A DNA stretch of 64,000 nt. It comes from Planctomycetota bacterium (lineage in GTDB: Bacteria > Planctomycetota > UBA1135 > GCA-002686595). Positions 1-6,243 of the stretch are shown here, piece after piece. Position numbers and translations under genes: made by a program. The DNA is taken from assembly GCA_041398605.1 (NCBI GenBank), contig JAWKUK010000026.1, positions 1,207 to 65,206 on the forward strand, in the 5' to 3' direction. Below the pieces are notes generated by a model, which worked only from the letters and a program-made list of their open reading frames with translations, was not told where the DNA came from and made no database searches. How positions within the stretch are numbered: position 1 is the first letter of the stretch; every line of letters begins with the position of its first letter.

Positions 1-14
1 ACCCTGGCCGCTTC

Positions 15-1289
15 GTGTGGCTCGGGTACTGCCTGAACCTCGCCGCGCCCGAGCACCTCGATGACCTCTTGGGCGACCTCGCCGCGGTCAGCGTGCCGGT
101 CCGCGAGCGCCTCCGCTACGAGGGGCCGTTTGGGGTGGGCCTCTACCTGCCCGCCCAGCTCGCGCGCACGCTCGCCAACGACCCGGCGCAGTGCGCGACG
201 CTCGCGGGCTACCTGCGCGAAGAGGCCCTCGTGCCCTTCACCTTCAACGCGTTCCCCTACGGCGGCTTCCAGACCGACGGCGTGAAGCGCGAGGTCTTCC
301 GCCCCACGTGGGCGGACGAGGCGCGCCTCAACTACACGCTCGACGTCGCGCGGGTCGCGGCGCAGGTAGAGAACGCGCTTGGCGGCGTGCGCGACGGCCA
401 CGTCTCGATCAGCACCCACCCCGGCGCGTTCGGCGCCTGGCTGTCCGATCGCTCGCTCTTGCGCCGCTGCGCGGAGGGCTTCGGGCGCGCGGTAGGGGCG
501 CTCGCAGCGCTCGAGGGCGAGGGCGGCCCGCGGACGGTCCTGGCGCTCGAGGCCGAGCCGCGCGCGAGCGCCGGCACGTCGCGCGCCCTCGCTGAGTTCC
601 TCGTCTTCGCGCGCGAGGTCGCGGGCCGCGTTCTGCGCACCGAGCGCGGCCACGACGAGGCCACAGCCGCGCGCCTCATCGATCGCCACCTCGGGACGTG
701 CCTCGACGCGTGCCACGCAGCCGTCGAATTCGAGGCACCTGCTGACGCGCTGCGCCTGGCGCACTTCGCGGGGCCGCTCGGGAAGCTGCAGGTCTCGAAC
801 GCCCTCGCGCTCGTCGCGCCTGGCGCGCATCCGGCGTCCGTCGCGACGCTCTTGGCGCTCGATGAGCCGCGGTACTTGCATCAAACGACGGCGCGGGTCG
901 GCGACGCCCTGTTGCGCGTGGAGGACCTCGGCGAGCTGCGCGCGCTCCTCGACGGGCCGGAGGCCGAGGGCTGGCTCGGCGCCGACGAGTGGCGCTGTCA
1001 CTTCCACGTGCCGGTGGACGCGGCGGCGCTCGAGGGCGGCTTGACGACGACGCGTGCGACCGCGGACGAGCTCGTGCGGCTCGTCGCGACGGACCTGGCG
1101 CACTGGCACGCGAACGAGCTGCACCTCGAGATCGAGACGTACACGTGGAGCGTGCTGCCGGGCGGGGCGCGCACGGGCGACGAGCGGGTCGCAGGGATCG
1201 CCCGCGAGTACGAGCACGTGATCGGCCTCTTGGAGCATGCGGGCTGGGATCGCGACGGCAGCGCGCTCGAGGCACGTGCGACGACTTGA
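15..1289 (+). CDS. xylose-isomerase-like TIM-barrel protein, EboE-like (tentative)
   Basis: 424-aa ORF. The frame is open to the left window edge, so GTG at 15 is only the first visible start. The N-terminus WLGYCLNL..PE and the length resemble the EboE/sugar-phosphate isomerase family by eye. Amino-acid composition is balanced, unlike the overlapping Arg/Pro-rich frames. Confidence 0.45.
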   Translation: MWLGYCLNLAAPEHLDDLLGDLAAVSVPVRERLRYEGPFGVGLYLPAQLARTLANDPAQCATLAGYLREEALVPFTFNAFPYGGFQTDGVKREVFRPTWADEARLNYTLDVARVAAQVENALGGVRDGHVSISTHPGAFGAWLSDRSLLRRCAEGFGRAVGALAALEGEGGPRTVLALEAEPRASAGTSRALAEFLVFAREVAGRVLRTERGHDEATAARLIDRHLGTCLDACHAAVEFEAPADALRLAHFAGPLGKLQVSNALALVAPGAHPASVATLLALDEPRYLHQTTARVGDALLRVEDLGELRALLDGPEAEGWLGADEWRCHFHVPVDAAALEGGLTTTRATADELVRLVATDLAHWHANELHLEIETYTWSVLPGGARTGDERVAGIAREYEHVIGLLEHAGWDRDGSALEARATT

Positions 1290-1483
1290 CCTGGCCGTGA
1301 ACCCACCGTGACCTCGTCGAGGCCCGGACCGGCCTGCATGGGGCAGTGACCTGCGCGTCGCGTCGCGCCGGCTGATTTTTTGGCCGCGGCCCGTTGATCT
1401 TGGGTTGACACGTCCGCGCGACGTCCATATCTTCTCGCCCCTGCTCGTTCGACGGAGCGCTTTGGCGCGCCCAACATCGAGTC

Positions 1484-1561
1484 GGCCCGTTCGTCTAGTC
1501 AGGCCTAGGACACCAGGTTTTCATCCTGGCGACAGGGGTTCGAATCCCCTACGGGTCACCA
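1484..1561 (+). tRNA. tRNA-Glu (anticodon UUC), CCA encoded
   Basis: Cloverleaf read by hand. Acceptor GGCCCGT pairs with ACGGGTC. Anticodon stem is CCAGG/CCTGG with loop TTTTCAT (TTC). T arm is AGGGG-TTCGAAT-CCCCT, followed by discriminator A and CCA. The body closely resembles E. coli tRNA-Glu. Confidence 0.92.
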
Positions 1562-1562
1562 T

Positions 1563-1593
1563 CGAAGCCGCGCCCTCCAAGGGCGCGGCTTCG
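1563..1593 (+). terminator. perfect 13-bp stem hairpin immediately 3' of tRNA-Glu
   Basis: CGAAGCCGCGCCC-tccaa-GGGCGCGGCTTCG starts 2 nt after the CCA end. There is no U-tract, so the intrinsic-terminator call is tentative. Confidence 0.55.
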
Positions 1594-1601
1594 GCCATTC
1601 C

Positions 1602-1702
1602 CGGGGCTTGCATTCTCGGGGCTTGCATTCCCGGGGCTTGCATTCTCGGGGCTTGCATTCTCGGGGCCAGCATCCCGGGGCCTGCATTCCCGGGGCCTTG
1701 GG
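1602..1702 (+). repeat. 15-bp tandem array, about 6.5 copies (CGGGGCTTGCATTCT and variants)
   Basis: Four near-perfect 15-mers lie at 1602-1661, followed by three degenerating copies. The array sits between the tRNA hairpin and the ATG at 1725. It generates the HSRGL x4 artefact at the start of ORF 1608. Confidence 0.9.
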
Positions 1703-1724
1703 CGCGCTATGCTCGCCCGCAGCC

Positions 1725-2471
1725 ATGCAGCGCCCCTCCCTTAAACGCCCCTCGTGTGTCGTTCCGGTCGTGCTCCTCGCGCTCGCGGGGTGTCGGGCCG
1801 AGGCCGATCCCGCGCCCGCCGCCCCCGAGCCCCACCAGGAGACCCGCTCCGCCGTGCCGACCGACATCAACGACAAGTTCCTCGACCCGACGAGCCCGGT
1901 CGAGGAGTGGTCCGCGCGCTGGGAGGTCGAGAGCCGCGAGGTCTTTGCGTGCCGCGACCAGATCGTTGCGGCGCTGGCGCTGCAGCCCGGCCAGGCCGTC
2001 GCCGACGTCGGGACCGGGACGGGCCTCTTCCTCGGGCCGTTCTCACGCGCGGTCGGCGACGCGGGGCGCGTCTTTGCGGTCGACATCGCGCAGAAGTTCG
2101 TCGACCACGTCCAGAAGCGCGCGCAGAAGGAGGAGATGCACAACGTCGTCGCGGTGCTCTCGAACGAGCGCTCGGTCGCGCTCGCGGCGGGCTCCGTCGA
2201 TGCGATCTTCGTCTGCGACGCGTACCACCACTTCGAGTACCACGAGGACATGCTGCGCTCGATCCACAGCGCGCTGCGTCCGGGCGGCCGCCTCGTGATC
2301 GTCGACTTCGAGCGCATCCCGGGCGTGTCGCGCGAGTGGATCCTGGGCCACGTCCGCGCCGGCAAGGAGGTCGTGACCGGCGAGGTGCTCGGCGCGGGCT
2401 TCCGCCTCGAGCGCGAGGTCAAGGTCGACGGCTTCGAAGAGAACTACCTCCTGGTGTTCACGCGCACCTGA
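1725..2471 (+). CDS. class I SAM-dependent methyltransferase, probable lipoprotein
   Basis: Start chosen at ATG 1725 (MQRPSLKR...). Signal peptide with lipobox LLALAGC. SAM motif I VADVGTGTGLF and motif RPGGRLVIVDF. The upstream part of ORF 1608 is the tandem repeat. Confidence 0.8.
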   Translation: MQRPSLKRPSCVVPVVLLALAGCRAEADPAPAAPEPHQETRSAVPTDINDKFLDPTSPVEEWSARWEVESREVFACRDQIVAALALQPGQAVADVGTGTGLFLGPFSRAVGDAGRVFAVDIAQKFVDHVQKRAQKEEMHNVVAVLSNERSVALAAGSVDAIFVCDAYHHFEYHEDMLRSIHSALRPGGRLVIVDFERIPGVSREWILGHVRAGKEVVTGEVLGAGFRLEREVKVDGFEENYLLVFTRT

Positions 2472-2531
2472 GCGCCGGGCGCGGCCCCTCGCGCGCCGCG
2501 CTGCAATCGAGCACCGCGCTCGCCCCCTGAC

Positions 2532-4088
2532 GTGACCCGCCTCGACTGTCCCCATCACCCGTCCCAGGGCGGCGCGTGCCCAGGGTGCGGGCTCTTGGAC
2601 CTCGCCTATGCGCAGCAGCTCGAGGTCAAGCGCCAGCGGCTCGTCGCTGCGCTGGCGCTCTATCCGCACCTCGCGCTGCCGCCCGTCGAGCCGATCGTCG
2701 CCGCCGCGCACACCGCGGCCTATCGCCACCGGCTGAAGCTGCCGGTGCACGTCGAGGCCGCCGGCGGCCACGTCCGCGTCGGCCTCTACGGCGCCCAGCA
2801 CGAGGTCCTCGACACGCAGGATTGTCCGGTGCTCACCGAGCCGCTGCGCGCGCTGCTCAAGCCGATCGTGCGCTGGCTCGCGGGCCGCGACGGCGTGCAC
2901 AGCATCGACCTGCGCGTCAGCCAAGCGACGGGCCAGGGCATGGTCGTGTTCGCGTGCCGCGGCGGCGAGCTGCCCGGCGGGCCGCGCGCGGCCCGCGCGC
3001 TCTTGCGCGAGGTGCCGGCGCTCGCGACCGTCGCGGTGTCGCGCGCGGACCGCGCGGGCAAGCGCGTGATGGGCAGCGCGCCGCGGGTCCTCGCCGGGCC
3101 GCCGCACCTCGAAGAGCGCATCGGCGAGACGCGTTACCAGCTGCACCCTGGCGCGTTCTTCCAGATCGACCCGCGCCAGGCGATCGCGATCCACGGGCTC
3201 GTGCGCGAGATGGTCGGCGCGGCGCCGCGTGTGCTCGACCTCTACGCGGGCGTCGGCGCGTACGGCCTGATGCTCGCGCCGGGCCGCGAGCGTGTGCTGC
3301 TCGTCGAGGAGGTGCCGGAGGCCGCCGCGGCTGCGCGCGCGGTCGCGCCGTCCAACGTCGAGGTCACGCCCGCGAAGGTGCAGGACGTCGCGTTCGAAGG
3401 CGCGTGGGACGCCGCGGTCTTGAACCCGGCGCGCCGCGGCTCGGACCCGGCGACGCTCGCGACCCTCGCGCGCCTCGTGCCGCGCGCGGTGTACGTGTCG
3501 TGCGGCCCGGAGACGCTCGCGCGCGACCTCGACTGCCTCGCGGCGCACGGGCTGCGCGCGGCGCGCATCGTGCCGGTGGACCTCTTCCCGCAGACGCCGG
3601 AGGTCGAGGCGGTGGTGGAGCTGCAGCGCGGCCCGGCCCTCGAGACGTGGCGCGGAGGCGCCCTGCGCGGCCCCTGGCGCGCGGGTGTGGCCGGCCAGTC
3701 CAAAGGCGCGACCGCGTTCTCAGGGGCCACCGGCCAGCCGCGCGAGGTGCTCGTCCTGGCGGTGGGGCGCACGCGCGAACGCGGGACGCTCGAGGGCTCG
3801 CACTACGAGCGCCTCGGCGAGGTCGCGACGCACAGCCTGTTGCGCCTGCGCGTGAAGGGCCGCCTGGGCCGGGCCCTCGCGCGCCTGCGCGCGCTGGGCC
3901 ACCCGATCGCCGGCGAGGACCCGCGCACGGCCCCGTTCTTTGCGGAGCGCGCGGGCCTCGTGCGCCCGTTTGTGCACGTCGAGTCGGACGAGCGCACACA
4001 AGGCGCGCCCCTGCACGGCGACCTCGCCCAAGCCCTCACGCACCTGGGCGGCGTCAAGCGTGGTCGCGGTCGCCGCGGCTCGAGCTAG
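2532..4088 (+). CDS. TrmA/RumA-family RNA (uracil-5)-methyltransferase fused to a C-terminal RluA-like pseudouridine-synthase remnant
   Basis: N-terminal Cys cluster CPHHPSQGGACPGC. Motifs FFQIDP, VLDLYAGVGAYG, LNPARRG, VYVSCGPETLARD and DLFPQTPEVE are typical of RumA/RlmD. The last ~150 aa (VLVLAVGR..., LRALGHPIAGE, VRPFVHVES) resemble the C-terminal half of RluA-type synthases. Confidence 0.7.
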   Translation: MTRLDCPHHPSQGGACPGCGLLDLAYAQQLEVKRQRLVAALALYPHLALPPVEPIVAAAHTAAYRHRLKLPVHVEAAGGHVRVGLYGAQHEVLDTQDCPVLTEPLRALLKPIVRWLAGRDGVHSIDLRVSQATGQGMVVFACRGGELPGGPRAARALLREVPALATVAVSRADRAGKRVMGSAPRVLAGPPHLEERIGETRYQLHPGAFFQIDPRQAIAIHGLVREMVGAAPRVLDLYAGVGAYGLMLAPGRERVLLVEEVPEAAAAARAVAPSNVEVTPAKVQDVAFEGAWDAAVLNPARRGSDPATLATLARLVPRAVYVSCGPETLARDLDCLAAHGLRAARIVPVDLFPQTPEVEAVVELQRGPALETWRGGALRGPWRAGVAGQSKGATAFSGATGQPREVLVLAVGRTRERGTLEGSHYERLGEVATHSLLRLRVKGRLGRALARLRALGHPIAGEDPRTAPFFAERAGLVRPFVHVESDERTQGAPLHGDLAQALTHLGGVKRGRGRRGSS

Positions 4089-4132
4089 GGCGGGCCTGTC
4101 TGCTGCGCCGGCCTGAACCCATCGCCCTCTGT

Positions 4133-4927
4133 TCAGCGGCCCCGGAGGCGCTTCACGAGCCGCTCCGCGCGCCAGCGCGGGTATTGCAGCCAGCCGCGCA
4201 GGGCGCGGCGGCCCGGCGTCCACGCGCGCCACTCCAGCGACGGCGCGCGGTCGCGCGTCACGCACAGGTAAGGCGGGTCGAGGGCCGGGTCGAAGTCGCG
4301 CTGGCGCATGTACTCCAGCACGTACGCCCAGCGCGCCGCGTCCGTCGTGTTCGGGTCCGTCTTGTGCAACAAGAGCGACGAGAAGCACACCACGTCGCCC
4401 GGCTGCGCGGCCACGAAGACCGGCGCTTCGACCTCGCCGGTGTAGCGATAGTGGGTGCCCTCGCGGATGTGCGCCAGCCGGCCACGCAGGTGCGAGCCCG
4501 GCGCGAACCACACGCCGCCGTTCTCCGGCGTCATCGCCGAGAGCGCGACCCAGACCTGGAAGTGCTCGTCCTTCAGCGAGTTGTAGGCGTTGTCCTGGTG
4601 CCACGGGAACTCCGGCGCGCCCGGGCCCTTCGCCACACACTGGTCCCAGCGCAGCCACACGTCATCGTCCGCGAGCGCTGTCACGAGGTCCGTCAGCTCG
4701 CGGCGCGCGACGAGCGCGTGCAGCGCCGGGCTGTGGCGGAAGCAGTTCGAATAGAACTCCATCGCGCCGCGCGTCAGCGGGCTCGCCGCCGGCAGCCGCC
4801 GGCCCGCGTCCACGATCGCCGCGATGGCCGCGCGCACCTCCTCGGCCGACAACACGCCGGGCAGCACGACGAAGCCACGCGCGCGGAACTCCGCCACCCG
4901 CGCGGCGAGCGCGCCCGCGTCGCTCAC
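4133..4927 (-). CDS. phytanoyl-CoA dioxygenase (PhyH) family Fe(II)/2-oxoglutarate oxygenase
   Basis: Motifs FPWHQDNAY (HxD) and LLLHKTDPN. GTG start at 4927 overlaps the TGA of the upstream amidase gene (GTGA). The rest of the 689-aa track ORF is off-frame read-through. Confidence 0.8.
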   Translation of the reverse strand: MSDAGALAARVAEFRARGFVVLPGVLSAEEVRAAIAAIVDAGRRLPAASPLTRGAMEFYSNCFRHSPALHALVARRELTDLVTALADDDVWLRWDQCVAKGPGAPEFPWHQDNAYNSLKDEHFQVWVALSAMTPENGGVWFAPGSHLRGRLAHIREGTHYRYTGEVEAPVFVAAQPGDVVCFSSLLLHKTDPNTTDAARWAYVLEYMRQRDFDPALDPPYLCVTRDRAPSLEWRAWTPGRRALRGWLQYPRWRAERLVKRLRGR

Positions 4928-6033
4928 GGCAGCACGGTGAAGCGCAGGCCCTCGGACAGCCCGACCGGCGCCGCGGGCAAGAGGCCCGGGTCGCGGTACC
5001 ACCACTGCGTGTAGACCGTCGAGCCCGGGAAGAGCCCGCGGTTGACCAGGAAGCCCGACGTGATCGGGAGCTCGAGCCGCCCCGAGCACGCAACGTTCGG
5101 CAGGCCGTTCGAGAAGGCCACCTGCGTGCGCTGCGGCGCGTTCCCGAGGCACAACGTGCCGCCGAAGAACGGGATGTTCGCCGGCTGGTCCGACCACAGG
5201 AGGAGCCCGAACTGCTGCGTCAGGACCTGGTCGCAATACACGACGAAGTCGCTGGCCGCGAACGAGGGCGTGCCCGTGAACCCGATGGCCGGCGTGCAGC
5301 CCGCGGAGCTCGTCTTCGGCGAGCAGTACACGAGGGGCGCGTTCGCCTGCGGCAAGTACGGCGCGAGCCCGAAGTGCCGTTGGAGCGCAAAGAGGTGCGC
5401 CTCCGCCGACGCCTGCCAAGTCGCCGGGCTCGCGAGCACCGACGCGTCGATCGGGCTCGTCAAGAACCCGCCCTCGCTCAGCGACGCCGGCATCGTCGTC
5501 TCGCGCAAGACGTAGAAGTTCGCGGTCTTCGAGCCGCGGTCCGCGAGGCCCAGGCCGAGCAGCAGCTCCTCTTGCACCCGGTCGCGCAGGTCGGCGCTGA
5601 TCGTGCCCGCGGCGTAGCTGAAGGTCTCGGTCCCGTTCGCCGCCGAGCTGGAGAACGCGTTGTGGTGGATCGACACGAAGCGGTCCGCGGGCCACGTGTT
5701 CGCCAGCGTCACGCGGTCCGCGAGGGACACCGTGACGTCCGTCGTGCGCGTCAAGCGCACGTCCCACTCGCCGCCGCCCAGCGGGTCGGCCGTGTCGAGG
5801 TCGAGCAGGTCGCGCAGGCGCAGCGCGACCTCGAGGTTCAGCACCTTCTCGGTCAGCCCGTTCGCGACCGCGCCCGGGTCCGTGCCGCCGTGGCCCGGGT
5901 CGATCACGACGCGATAGGGGCTCCCCGGCCGCGGCGTGGCAGGGGTCGGTTCGAGCGTGCTGAACGCCGCGAGCGCTGCGATGCCGAGCACCGCAGCCGG
6001 CCCCGCGCCGCGCTGGATCATGGAGCGTTGCAT
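4924..6033 (-). CDS. N-acetylmuramoyl-L-alanine amidase (Amidase_3) with extra C-terminal QxWYRD domain
   Basis: Signal peptide. Motifs VVIDPGHGGTDPGA, FVSIHHNA, NGTETF and ANFYVLRETTMPASLSEGGFL are classic AmiA/B/C-type. The final ~140 aa (YCSPK...GCTP...LCLG...TQWWYRDP...) are unrelated to amidases. Confidence 0.85.
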   Translation of the reverse strand: MQRSMIQRGAGPAAVLGIAALAAFSTLEPTPATPRPGSPYRVVIDPGHGGTDPGAVANGLTEKVLNLEVALRLRDLLDLDTADPLGGGEWDVRLTRTTDVTVSLADRVTLANTWPADRFVSIHHNAFSSSAANGTETFSYAAGTISADLRDRVQEELLLGLGLADRGSKTANFYVLRETTMPASLSEGGFLTSPIDASVLASPATWQASAEAHLFALQRHFGLAPYLPQANAPLVYCSPKTSSAGCTPAIGFTGTPSFAASDFVVYCDQVLTQQFGLLLWSDQPANIPFFGGTLCLGNAPQRTQVAFSNGLPNVACSGRLELPITSGFLVNRGLFPGSTVYTQWWYRDPGLLPAAPVGLSEGLRFTVLP

Positions 6034-6093
6034 GGACCCTCAGGATACCCGTCGCGCCAAACCTTGGGCGGACGGTCGGTCCCGGTGCGGGCC

Positions 6094-6210
6094 GCCGAGG
6101 AGATCGTCGGGGTCGCCATCGGCGCGCACATGAGGTCGTGGAACGAGCTCGTCGTGTCCAGCGATGCGACAGCGCCCGCCACGACAGCGCCCACCAAGAC
6201 AAAACCGAAG
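6094..6210 (-). pseudogene. decayed fragment of an alanine/glycine:cation symporter 3' region
   Basis: About 87% nucleotide identity over ~87 bp to 8238-8324 of the intact AGCS gene. Weaker similarity continues after a 36-bp deletion. The translation FGFVLVGAVVAGAVASLDTTSSFHDLMCAPMATPTISSA matches FGFVFGAQ..GAGAVASLDTTISFIDLMFALMAIPTILSA. There is no upstream body of the gene. Confidence 0.75.
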
Positions 6211-6243
6211 GAGCGGTCGCCGGAGGTCAAGGCGCGGGCCCGA

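Noticed and set aside
1290-1725. Integrated element or prophage boundary at tRNA-Glu
   Set aside because: No integrase or recombinase is present, and there is no duplicated tRNA 3' segment anywhere in the window. The flanking genes look like ordinary chromosomal genes of the same composition.
4133-6202. 689-aa ORF treated as one protein
   Set aside because: Only the last 264 aa are PhyH-like. The remainder overlaps the amidase gene out of frame, and a GTG start at 4927 overlapping the amidase stop explains the structure.
6018-6230. 70-aa ORF (MTSGDRSFGFVLVG...) as a real small gene
   Set aside because: It is the translated relic of the AGCS 3' fragment. It lacks the rest of the transporter and runs into the amidase start region, so I call it a pseudogene fragment instead.
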